Shown here: positions 1 to 7,641 of the stretch, one piece after another | How the letters are laid out: every line of letters begins with the position of its first letter | How positions within the stretch are numbered: the first letter of the stretch is position 1 | Virus record (IMG/VR): IMGVR_UViG_3300045988_044010 | Reading direction: 5' to 3' (one strand) | Source: a virus | DNA length: 64,000 nucleotides | Notes under the pieces: model-generated | Database searches by the model: none | Seen by the model: the letters and a program-made list of their open reading frames with translations, nothing else | Told to the model about the DNA's origin: nothing | Position numbers and translations under genes: made by a program

Positions 1-1557
1 ATTTTTTTTTTCAGCTGGTTTTTCCTCTTCTGCGGGTTTCTGTTCAGTAACAGGATATTCGCCGGATACGACGATATCTTTAGCTACTTCGTATTCTGCC
101 AGACGGTCCATAGGATCACGATACAAATTAATAACCTGACCGATAACCATACGAAGTTGATCATCTGTAGGCGTAGTCTTTTCCGGGAAGAAATTCATAC
201 GTACATTCTGAATGATCTTAGTAGCATTTTTCTTTGCTTCCTCAAGATCTATCTTCTTCTTAGGATCTTCGTCTGAAGAGATTATTATGTGATAATCATG
301 GAGTACCTTAGTAATGTAATCATTACCAAGATTGTTGACAAGAGCCTGTAAAGCTTTGTCCTCGGTTACCTTCAACTCTGGATTTTCTTTTTGTTTCAAG
401 CGGAAACGCTCCTGAATAAGAGCTTTTGCAGCTTGCATAACCTGCTCATCATTCCAGCCCATAGGCTTCATATGAGTGCGCAGTAACGAGTGTGCTACGA
501 TAGGAGACTGGTGCTGAGCAGTATACATGTATACAGCTTTGCCTAATCCATTGAACAAACCGCTAGGTTCGATAATAGAGAAGATTTCAGTAATCCAATC
601 GAATACAGAACGATCGTCTAATTTAAGACGTTTGTCAGTATTCTGTTCCTTCGTGATACGGAGTGTGCGATACCACTCTACAGTGTTCACAAGGTTCACG
701 GCAATATTACGATCCTTACGAATCAAATATTCAAGAGCAGCCTTGATCTGTTCGTCAGTTGAAATCTTTTCGATATCCAACTCAGGAATTTCAGGAGCTG
801 CACCTCCCATATTTGCAGTATGCTTATCTTTCAGTTCATCAGGAGTCTCTGACTTACCAAAATCAATAGCAAGCTGCTGTTCACCGTTAGGACCTTCAAT
901 AGCTTTTGGAGCTGCTAATTTGATGCCCATCATTTCAGCTACCTCGTTGAGCGGAATGATCTGATCCGGAGAGATCTGTACGATGAACTCACCGCGATCG
1001 GTACGTTCAGCGAACTCATTCTTAACTTCAACCATTGCCAACAACCATACAGCGTCAATTGCTTGTGCTGTTTGAGCATACTTTTCAGGATATTGTTCCT
1101 TAAACTCTTTGTTGTTGATAAAGCGCTGATAACCATAGTTAACCAACATGGCTTTAGCATCTGTAGAAGATTGACTGCTCTTTACAGCTCCGTCAATTGG
1201 TATACCTAATTGTCTACCAAGAGCAGTAGCATCTACCTCTTCGGCGATTACTGTAGGAACTTTACTTTTAGCTTTTGGCTTCTCCTGTTGTGCAGTACCT
1301 TTTTGGGCGGTCTGTTTGTCAGAAGTTTTTGCCTCAGCCTTTGGTTCCTGCTTCTTTTCCTCCTTTTTAGGAGTAGGAGCTGGAGCCTTAGGAGCTTCTT
1401 CCTTCTTAGCGGTTGCTGCCGGAGCAGCTACTTGAGGAGCATTAGCTTTCTCCTCCTTCTTGTTCTCAACTTTGGTTTCAACCTTAGTAGATTCTTTAGC
1501 AGCAATTTTTGCTGCATCTGCTGCAGCTTTCTTAGCTGCGTTCTTTTTAGATGACAT
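1..1557 (-). CDS. hypothetical protein, N-terminal 519 codons only (continues past base 1); Lys/Ala/Pro-rich low-complexity N-terminus
   Basis: ATG at 1557-1555 followed by 519 sense codons down to base 1, checked triplet by triplet. It is missing from the ORF track only because no stop lies in the window. The + ORFs 527..964 and 1210..1554 are antisense shadows. Confidence 0.8.
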   Translation of the reverse strand, partial: MSSKKNAAKKAAADAAKIAAKESTKVETKVENKKEEKANAPQVAAPAATAKKEEAPKAPAPTPKKEEKKQEPKAEAKTSDKQTAQKGTAQQEKPKAKSKVPTVIAEEVDATALGRQLGIPIDGAVKSSQSSTDAKAMLVNYGYQRFINNKEFKEQYPEKYAQTAQAIDAVWLLAMVEVKNEFAERTDRGEFIVQISPDQIIPLNEVAEMMGIKLAAPKAIEGPNGEQQLAIDFGKSETPDELKDKHTANMGGAAPEIPELDIEKISTDEQIKAALEYLIRKDRNIAVNLVNTVEWYRTLRITKEQNTDKRLKLDDRSVFDWITEIFSIIEPSGLFNGLGKAVYMYTAQHQSPIVAHSLLRTHMKPMGWNDEQVMQAAKALIQERFRLKQKENPELKVTEDKALQALVNNLGNDYITKVLHDYHIIISSDEDPKKKIDLEEAKKNATKIIQNVRMNFFPEKTTPTDDQLRMVIGQVINLYRDPMDRLAEYEVAKDIVVSGEYPVTEQKPAEEEKPAEKKN

Positions 1558-1617
1558 TTTGATAATGTTTTTAAGTGTTAATAAATAAAATTGTTTCTCT
1601 TTTTTAGTATAGAAGAA

Positions 1618-1983
1618 TTAACTATCGTCTTCTATATCTGGCGAGTCTCGTCCCTTAGTAGTATGACTATTAACTAGTACTCCTTTGAATAATGGATAGT
1701 GTGAATTGTAACTCACAACCTCAGGATGACCAACGGTAGGACCTTCTGTCACTGTCGCTACAAATTGTGTGCAATCCATACTTCCTTCATTGAAGACACT
1801 AATTAACTGAGTATAAGAAGTAAGTTCGCTATTGCTAGACTTAGTTACTTCTTTACTCAGCATACCTACTAATAGACCAGCCAGAATGAAGGATACGTAT
1901 ATCCACCACATTCTAGTACTACGGAATATCCGTGTACAGATAAAGGATCCTAAAAGGATCACTAAAATCCATGCTGCTGTCAT
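1618..1983 (-). CDS. membrane protein, candidate anti-sigma partner of the upstream sigma factor
   Basis: ORF track. Two hydrophobic segments near the N-terminus. Starts 13 nt after the sigma gene stop. TAA stop. Confidence 0.6.
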   Translation of the reverse strand: MTAAWILVILLGSFICTRIFRSTRMWWIYVSFILAGLLVGMLSKEVTKSSNSELTSYTQLISVFNEGSMDCTQFVATVTEGPTVGHPEVVSYNSHYPLFKGVLVNSHTTKGRDSPDIEDDS

Positions 1984-1996
1984 AATTAGTAAAGTT

Positions 1997-2560
1997 TTAA
2001 TTAGTTAATAATTGTTTTAATTTATCTCGTGCTCTGTTGAGCCGAGATTTAACCTGTGACTCTGTGAGTCCAAGTTGTTCAGATATCTGTTTGTAAGACA
2101 GATTCTGTATCGAACGTAGTTCAATAATATTCCTATACTTAAAGCGTAAGCGTGACAAGGCACTATCTAGCATCGAACGGGTTTCATCGAAGATATAATC
2201 CTCTTCAGGAGAGCAACCTGCAGTGTCACTCAACTGGAAACAACTGTCACTGTCGTCAATCCAATAGTTCGCGCTTTCTTTCTTTGTTCTACGAATATAA
2301 TCAATACTACTATTGATAGCTATAGTTTTTAGCCACATCTCAAATGATATATTTGTTACGTAACTATCTAACTTGCTAAAAGCTTTAACAAAAGTAATAG
2401 ATAATAAATCATCTGCTGCATCTTTATTATTAACAATACGATATATTGTTACATAAATAATCTGCTTATACTTTTCATAAAGCTTAGTAAAGGCAAGCTG
2501 GTTGCCTTCTTTTGCCTGTTTGATCAGTTCGGAAATCTGTTGTTTTTCTAAATCTGTCAT
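1997..2560 (-). CDS. ECF-type sigma-70 family RNA polymerase sigma factor
   Basis: Region-2-like DLLSITFVKAFSKLDSY..FEMWLKTIAINSSIDYIRR and region-4 HTH LSYKQISEQLGLTESQVKSRLNRARDKL. The 187-aa length is typical of group 4 sigmas. Confidence 0.85.
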   Translation of the reverse strand: MTDLEKQQISELIKQAKEGNQLAFTKLYEKYKQIIYVTIYRIVNNKDAADDLLSITFVKAFSKLDSYVTNISFEMWLKTIAINSSIDYIRRTKKESANYWIDDSDSCFQLSDTAGCSPEEDYIFDETRSMLDSALSRLRFKYRNIIELRSIQNLSYKQISEQLGLTESQVKSRLNRARDKLKQLLTN

Positions 2561-2583
2561 AATTACGGGCTTTAATAGTGAAT

Positions 2584-2605
2584 ATGGAGCCGATCAAAGC
2601 TCCAT
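2584..2605 (-). other. hairpin with T-loop-like loop (ATGGAGC-UUUGAUCG-GCUCCAU)
   Basis: 7-bp stem and 8-nt loop between genes 2610..3014 and 1997..2560, with no U-tract after it. The loop matches the other UUUGRUY hairpins in this arm. Confidence 0.5.
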
Positions 2606-2609
2606 ACTC

Positions 2610-3014
2610 TTAAAATGGTAAACCAAGTATCCATTTAGCATGCCATTCCCACCAATCCCTTGAGAATTCTTTATAAGTATCCCAGATACATTCCATGAAT
2701 CTTATTTTCAACTCGAATGAAACTTTATTCGCATCTAACTTGTTGATCATACCACATATGATTCGTACTCTAACATCTAATGTTGTCTTAGAATCTTTTC
2801 CGATTCTTTGAAGGATATTAGCATCGAACCAACATATTATGTGGTTTACTGGTTTAATAGCTTTAAAACTCATTGTTTTACATTCATTTATAGCCATTTT
2901 GAGAAAAATATTCCAGTCTGGATTCCAGTTATACAAGCTATAAAGTTTCCCAGTTGTAGAATATACATGATTAGTTAGGCAGTATATATCACTATATACT
3001 TTCTTAGTTACCAT
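2610..3014 (-). CDS. hypothetical protein
   Basis: ORF track; 7-nt overlap with the upstream gene; TAA stop. Confidence 0.65.
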   Translation of the reverse strand: MVTKKVYSDIYCLTNHVYSTTGKLYSLYNWNPDWNIFLKMAINECKTMSFKAIKPVNHIICWFDANILQRIGKDSKTTLDVRVRIICGMINKLDANKVSFELKIRFMECIWDTYKEFSRDWWEWHAKWILGLPF

Positions 3015-3460
3015 TGTCTTTTATATTGTTTTGCTATCTGCATTACTACAATATGAGCTTGAGCAAGAGACCAACCAGTGTTCTCAATGATATAAAGCTT
3101 AGTAGCATTAATACCTCTACCAGCGATAGAGATATCTTCAAGATAGCGATTTGTGAAATCTTTTAACTGATCATCAGTTATATCAGGTTTCTTACTACCG
3201 CGTACACTTTTCTTGTAAGACGGTAACTTGCACATATCAGAGTATTCGAACTCTTTAAATATGCATAAATCAGGATTATGCAGTACAGTTTGGATTTCAT
3301 ATGAATCCTCTTCTACTACTCTGAACTGACCTCTTTGAATGACGTCGTTCATTACTAATGCTCGTGGTATTCTTAACACAGGAGCTTCACCTACAACGTT
3401 TGCAAGCAATTCGAAACTATCAGTATAAATATGATAGATTCCGGGACGATTTAGTTTCAT
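3008..3460 (-). CDS. hypothetical protein
   Basis: ORF track; tightly packed in the minus-strand operon. Confidence 0.65.
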   Translation of the reverse strand: MKLNRPGIYHIYTDSFELLANVVGEAPVLRIPRALVMNDVIQRGQFRVVEEDSYEIQTVLHNPDLCIFKEFEYSDMCKLPSYKKSVRGSKKPDITDDQLKDFTNRYLEDISIAGRGINATKLYIIENTGWSLAQAHIVVMQIAKQYKRQW

Positions 3461-3462
3461 AA

Positions 3463-3654
3463 CTATGATTTTTTATTGATTTCATTACTAAAGTTGTTTT
3501 GAATAACTTCTAATAAACTCGATAGAGATAAATGAGGAAATTTCTCATTTAATGACATAGCTGCTTCCATGTCTGTTCTACTGTTATTAATCATCTTAAT
3601 AACTTCTTTCTGTTCTGTTTTAGATTCGAAAGAAAACCATTTCTTTATCTGCAT
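3463..3654 (-). CDS. hypothetical protein (ends in a genuine TAG stop)
   Basis: ORF track. TAG at 3465-3463 lies 2 nt before the next gene's ATG, so TAG acts as a stop in this arm. Confidence 0.6.
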   Translation of the reverse strand: MQIKKWFSFESKTEQKEVIKMINNSRTDMEAAMSLNEKFPHLSLSSLLEVIQNNFSNEINKKS

Positions 3655-3923
3655 GTTTCTTCATAATTTTTAATTGCATCATCCAGTTTTCGCCATTTGT
3701 CCATGTCTAAATTTGTAGCTTCTACAAGATAATAGATAGAACATGTGCGTCTAAAGACTCCTCGAATATACATCATACCTTCACGATAATGATATTTATT
3801 CTTGTACTGTCTTGGAACATTAGCATGAAGTCTGTTAATTAATTCAGTCTTCATCTTCATCTCAGTTGAGGCTTTCTCCCATGATTCTGGTAGATTCTGC
3901 CTAATAAAGTTCATTAATCCCAT
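3645..3923 (-). CDS. hypothetical protein
   Basis: ORF track; 10-nt overlap with the downstream gene. Confidence 0.6.
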   Translation of the reverse strand: MGLMNFIRQNLPESWEKASTEMKMKTELINRLHANVPRQYKNKYHYREGMMYIRGVFRRTCSIYYLVEATNLDMDKWRKLDDAIKNYEETCR

Positions 3924-3960
3924 TCCAAATTAATTTTATTGATTAAAATTAGTTATTAAT

Positions 3961-4165
3961 TGTAGCATTAGAGGGAGTCGAACCCTCTACAGCTCCTACG
4001 TCTGATCTAACCCGATATGCTCCAGCTTTTTACGACATTAGCTTAGCCGTTCGGTTTATCTCACGCTACTAAGCGTGTATAATCCATTACATAACTTGTA
4101 TTGCCAGTTATCTGCTCATTGACCTATTCTACTTCACATTGTCGCTGTCAAATTCATTCAGCCCC
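3961..4165 (-). ncRNA. tmRNA-like coding piece: 5' acceptor strand, D-loop analogue, candidate tag ORF and 3' T-arm-like hairpin
   Basis: 4165-4141 reads GGGGCTGAATGAATTTGACAGCGAC, a tmRNA 5'-end signature. Candidate tag frame 4105-4061 gives GNTSYVMDYTRLVA-TGA, with the stop inside the hairpin CACGCT-TAGT-AGCGTG. A T-arm-like hairpin lies at 3989-3969. Confidence 0.55.
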
Positions 4166-4265
4166 TTTTTGCAGGATTCTCACCTGCTATGAAGCTTTGC
4201 GGCTCTTAACCTAGGAGTGGTTTATACCCTTGCCAGGAGGAATCAAACCTCCATGCTTCTGACCG

Positions 4266-4319
4266 TGGAGCTGGAGGGGATCAAACCCTCGTCCATACGA
4301 CTGATTCATAGACCTAACA
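4266..4319 (-). ncRNA. tmRNA-like acceptor piece: T-arm, 3' acceptor strand and A73
   Basis: 4294-4266 reads GGAC-GAGGG-TTTGATC-CCCTC-CAGCTCC-A. CAGCTCC pairs with GGGGCTG (4165-4159), giving a G3:U70 wobble. It sits upstream of the 5' half on the transcribed strand. Confidence 0.6.
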
Positions 4320-4329
4320 GTCAATTTCT

Positions 4330-4587
4330 TTAAGAAAATGGTATAATTTCATTGGTTAGCATTAATAAAGTTGCTTCACAGAATCCTGACTCCTTGTAGT
4401 ACTCAATGCAATATCCTACATTATCTGTGATATGTACCTCAATAAAATCATTATCATCTACATGTTTTTGATAACTACTTTCATTACTCCAATTTCTAGT
4501 TTGAATAAATCCAGCTTCTTTTAAGTTATTTACTAATGTTTCTTTATCCATTTCTTTAATATTTTTTGTGGCATTGGACGATACCAC
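4330..4587 (-). CDS. hypothetical protein (start more likely ATG at 4551)
   Basis: ORF track. The first 12 codons overlap structured RNA. The ATG at 4551 has the A-rich leader seen at other starts. Confidence 0.6.
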   Translation of the reverse strand: MVSSNATKNIKEMDKETLVNNLKEAGFIQTRNWSNESSYQKHVDDNDFIEVHITDNVGYCIEYYKESGFCEATLLMLTNEIIPFS

Positions 4588-4592
4588 TTAGT

Positions 4593-4622
4593 GGTTATGT
4601 AGGCGACCAAACCTACATAACC
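4593..4622 (-). other. 11-bp hairpin with T-loop-like loop (GGUUAUGUAGG-UUUGGUCG-CCUACAUAACC)
   Basis: Perfect stem seen directly. The loop can alternatively pair with GACCAAA at 4629-4623. Confidence 0.5.
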
Positions 4623-4720
4623 TTTGGTCTTTAATTATTGTTTAATTTTTTATAATGCCTTGATAGCTGATCTAGAGGTATAGTCTCTTCTGATTCCCCA
4701 CCAGATAACTATACGGTACA

Positions 4721-5043
4721 GAGTCAGTATTTCTACTGCTCAACACTACTCTAATTGCCGACTTGATATCATGAAAATGCTATTGCATAATATACTCGTC
4801 TGAGTATAGAATCTATACATCTATATTGCGCAATTTAAATATACATCTTCACGATCTTAGGCACATGATCAGTGGCACGTTGTCAAATGTCCTCTCTCCG
4901 GCATCGGTCAGTATTATTACTGCCTTACACTTGTTTGAGTCTACGTTAATTCGTAGAGTAGCTGCTTATTATCAGGGGCAAGCCCTCACCATACGCATTC
5001 ATACCACTACAGCTTCACTATATAGTCAGTATCACTACTGCTA
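4721..5043 (-). repeat. three copies of a conserved bulged-A hairpin at 4721-4741, 4906-4924 and 5023-5043
   Basis: Minus strand: GAG-CAGTA-GAAA-TACTG-A-CTC, GG-CAGTA-ATAA-TACTG-A-CC and TAG-CAGTA-GTGA-TACTG-A-CTA. The upper stem and bulge are identical; the lower stem covaries. Confidence 0.6.
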
Positions 5044-5074
5044 AAGTATCATGCTTGGACTTTGCGTGGAAGTG

Positions 5075-5533
5075 TTATCTTCTCTCCAGAGTAAGATTAC
5101 GCCAATTCCATTCCCAGTTGGCTTTCGGATATTGTTCCGTCAGAGCATTAATCTGCTCGTTCTTCTTCGTGTCGGACTCTCCGATAAGCTTATCTGCGGT
5201 TCGTTTCTTTTCAGCGATTTCTTTGTGGAAGTCATCAATAGAGATGTCGCCGGAATTCAGTTTGTTATCCAGTTCAGTGATCTGTTTTGTGTAGTTAGTA
5301 CTGATCTTCGCAACTTCATTTGCGTGGCGCATATTAATGCAGGTGCGCTTACGAATATACGAACTCATATTTACACAATCCATCAAGCGTGCGGTGAGTT
5401 CTTCCTTACGCTTTTCTGAAATTCGTTTCGCTGCTTCTTCAGCAATCTCTTTTGTTACTGTTGCGTCTTGTTTCAACACAGTGTCGATATTCTCCGCTGT
5501 GATTTCGCTTACTTTTACTTCTTCTTTTGCCAT
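5075..5533 (-). CDS. hypothetical protein (charged, helical)
   Basis: ORF track; longest ORF at this locus. The overlapping + ORFs are shadows. Confidence 0.7.
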   Translation of the reverse strand: MAKEEVKVSEITAENIDTVLKQDATVTKEIAEEAAKRISEKRKEELTARLMDCVNMSSYIRKRTCINMRHANEVAKISTNYTKQITELDNKLNSGDISIDDFHKEIAEKKRTADKLIGESDTKKNEQINALTEQYPKANWEWNWRNLTLERR

Positions 5534-5575
5534 TTTGAAATAGTTTTAAGAGTTTGATACTTTATTTAATTAACA

Positions 5576-5800
5576 CTAAATTATTTCTACAAAATCACAC
5601 GATGTAAAGAAATGAGCTTTTGCATATAAGCAAGTAACTCTCATATAACCTAGTTTAAAGGTTAATGTTACATATTGATGTGTGTCATGTAAGTTTTGAG
5701 CTATTATTTCATCTAGTTTCCCAAAATAGGATATAGCTCTAATCCTTTCAGCAGTATTATCTGTAGGTTTGATCTTAACTACAGTCTTACCACAGTTCAT
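5576..5800 (-). CDS. hypothetical protein (TAG stop)
   Basis: ORF track; ATGA-type overlap with the upstream gene. Confidence 0.55.
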   Translation of the reverse strand: MNCGKTVVKIKPTDNTAERIRAISYFGKLDEIIAQNLHDTHQYVTLTFKLGYMRVTCLYAKAHFFTSCDFVEII

Positions 5801-6111
5801 GCTGCTCTTTTCTTTGCAAGATACTCTTTACGAAGACGTCTCTTGCGTTGTTTGCATGATTCACGTCTGCCTTCTTTAATGAGCTGACGATACTCATAAG
5901 CCAGATACTTACGCATTCTTTCTTCGTTAAGAATACCTAAATATACAGCTTCTCTAGCTAAGTTTTCAGCTGCTTTCTTTTCTCTAGCTTTAACTGCGCT
6001 AGCTATACCTTGTTCTGTGAAACCTCTTCTTTGAAGTCTCTTGATCATTGCATTATATTTCATTTTGATATGAATTTTAAAGTTAAAGAACTGTTCTATG
6101 TATTTGTACAT
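5797..6111 (-). CDS. hypothetical basic protein
   Basis: ORF track; Arg/Lys-rich C-terminus. Confidence 0.6.
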   Translation of the reverse strand: MYKYIEQFFNFKIHIKMKYNAMIKRLQRRGFTEQGIASAVKAREKKAAENLAREAVYLGILNEERMRKYLAYEYRQLIKEGRRESCKQRKRRLRKEYLAKKRAA

Positions 6112-6263
6112 CTTATTTCATAGATATCCCTCATCCTTCTCTCACTTTATCTATAGATTTATAGATTGTCGTTGTATGACCGTTATGTTTGACACATATT
6201 AGGGCTCTGGAAGTATTTACAGTTCTTTTGGGTTGATTGGAATCCACCATACTAACAATTTAA

Positions 6264-6437
6264 TTAGTAATATATAACAGCAGGCAGAGGCTCTGGCGGA
6301 ACCTCTTTGCTTGGACTGTTCTTTGGTATCATTCTGAGCTTACACTCATATTGACATACACTACAGTCAACGATATTGTTGCGTGTAGGACATAATTTTA
6401 CTGGTATTTCTTTACCAGTTAAGTTTGAATCGCTCAT
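6264..6437 (-). CDS. small Cys-rich (zinc-ribbon-like) protein
   Basis: Start trimmed to the ATG at 6437 (MSDSNLTGKE...). Cys cluster: CPTRNNIVDCSVCQYEC. Confidence 0.5.
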   Translation of the reverse strand: MSDSNLTGKEIPVKLCPTRNNIVDCSVCQYECKLRMIPKNSPSKEVPPEPLPAVIYY

Positions 6438-6825
6438 GATCGTCTCGGTTGAACAAATGCTTGCATAACATAGGTTTACACAGTTCTCCAAACATCTTTG
6501 CTTGAGCTTTATCCTTAAATTCTAAGGAAGTACCGACATTAGCAGCGGAAATACCAAGCCCATAGTGAGAATCCACAGCGAGCAACCCAGCAGATTCTTT
6601 ACTTCTGTGATCAGTATATACTAAACCCCAGATGAAATATCTTACTGTATTTTCATCAGCAAGATCTGGCTTCCAGTCTCCTCTGATTGCTTTTGCAATT
6701 GTTTCCAACTTGATGAAGTTCCTAGTTTCATCGCTCAGTTTGTAGCTCTTATAATTAGCTACAGGACTAATTTTTAGCAGTTTGCAAGCATCCTCGTAAG
6801 GATGTTCTTTACTCAATTCTACCAT
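6412..6825 (-). CDS. hypothetical protein
   Basis: ORF track. Same reading frame as 6919..7389, with no stop between them other than one TAG. Confidence 0.65.
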   Translation of the reverse strand: MVELSKEHPYEDACKLLKISPVANYKSYKLSDETRNFIKLETIAKAIRGDWKPDLADENTVRYFIWGLVYTDHRSKESAGLLAVDSHYGLGISAANVGTSLEFKDKAQAKMFGELCKPMLCKHLFNRDDHERFKLNW

Positions 6826-6916
6826 TTTTTGATCTTTTATAAGGTTCCAGCTTCTTATGTTTAGGACGTTTTTTATATTCCGTCTTATTCTTAGTTTCCT
6901 TCTCCTTGTTTGCCAT
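6809..6916 (-). CDS. possible 35-aa Lys-rich peptide
   Basis: Hand-translated MANKEKETKNKTEYKKRPKHKKLEPYKRSKNGRIE. Below the ORF-track size cut-off. Confidence 0.3.
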   Translation of the reverse strand: MANKEKETKNKTEYKKRPKHKKLEPYKRSKNGRIE

Positions 6917-6918
6917 AA

Positions 6919-7389
6919 CTAATAAAGTTTTATCAGTTTGTTGATAATTTTTAGATGATCACCTAAGTGCCTGAGATCATATTTATCCAATATCATCCCT
7001 ATAGGGAGCGGCAAGTATTCGGTTTCTATCAGAAACTTAATTGCTGCTTTATGAGCTCTCAATTTATCATTTCTAGCAATTGCTATAGTAAGAAGCTCAG
7101 CAAAGTTTGGAGCTTCAGAAGAAATGATACTAAGATTGTTTCTTAGATCAACACAGAACTCTTGAACAATCTGATCAATCGGAATAATTTTCTTAGCTGG
7201 GGTAGCTCTTCCTACTAAGATTCCGGCAGTAATTATATCTCCTACTTCAGTATCATTAAGATACTTAATAGATGATTGTGATACTCCGTCTCCATTCACA
7301 TTCTTTACTAAGGTTTTCAGTAAAGCATCTAGTGTCTTTTCATCTGAAGAAGCAAATTCTCCAGTAAAGGTAATGATAATTGCTTTCAT
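6919..7389 (-). CDS. hypothetical protein (TAG stop)
   Basis: ORF track. Confidence 0.65.
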   Translation of the reverse strand: MKAIIITFTGEFASSDEKTLDALLKTLVKNVNGDGVSQSSIKYLNDTEVGDIITAGILVGRATPAKKIIPIDQIVQEFCVDLRNNLSIISSEAPNFAELLTIAIARNDKLRAHKAAIKFLIETEYLPLPIGMILDKYDLRHLGDHLKIINKLIKLY

Positions 7390-7392
7390 AAA

Positions 7393-7641
7393 TTATTGAT
7401 TAATTATTTCTACTTTAATTTCGTATTCCTCTAGCTGTGCTAACATATAATCTGTAGCCATACTAGATTTAATGAGCACGTAGGGACAAAATTCTAACTT
7501 ATCTCCTGCTTTCATCCTACATATTGGTTTTGCTTCAGATAAAGTAAAACCTAATATTTTGGTTAATGCTAGTAAATTAGCTAGAAAATGTTCTGTGTTT
7601 AAGGTAATAGATTTTAAATACCTTTGCGATTCCTTTTTCAT
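7393..7641 (-). CDS. hypothetical protein
   Basis: ORF track; 3-nt spacing to the next gene. Confidence 0.6.
   Translation of the reverse strand: MKKESQRYLKSITLNTEHFLANLLALTKILGFTLSEAKPICRMKAGDKLEFCPYVLIKSSMATDYMLAQLEEYEIKVEIINQ

Noticed and set aside
527-1554. Track ORFs 527..964 (+), 1210..1554 (+) and 939..1160 (-) as genes
   Set aside because: A 519-codon minus-strand frame with no stop covers 1-1557 and gives a protein-like sequence. The listed ORFs are low-complexity antisense or off-frame shadows.
3961-4320. Ordinary tRNA genes, or a standard unpermuted tmRNA ending at the 3989-3969 T-arm
   Set aside because: None of the three T-arm hairpins has a complementary 5' acceptor strand at tRNA distance. 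The sequence after the 3989-3969 hairpin (AATGCTAC) cannot pair with GGGGCTG. Only the upstream CAGCTCC-A does, which forces the permuted reading. A second complementary 7-mer, GGAGCTG (3996-3990), exists but would lack the G3:U70 wobble.
4978-5060. RNase P RNA P4-like pairing (AAAGTCC at about 5060 with GGGCTT at about 4983)
   Set aside because: The two strands are only about 70 nt apart, and no other conserved RNase P regions were recognisable. This is most likely chance.
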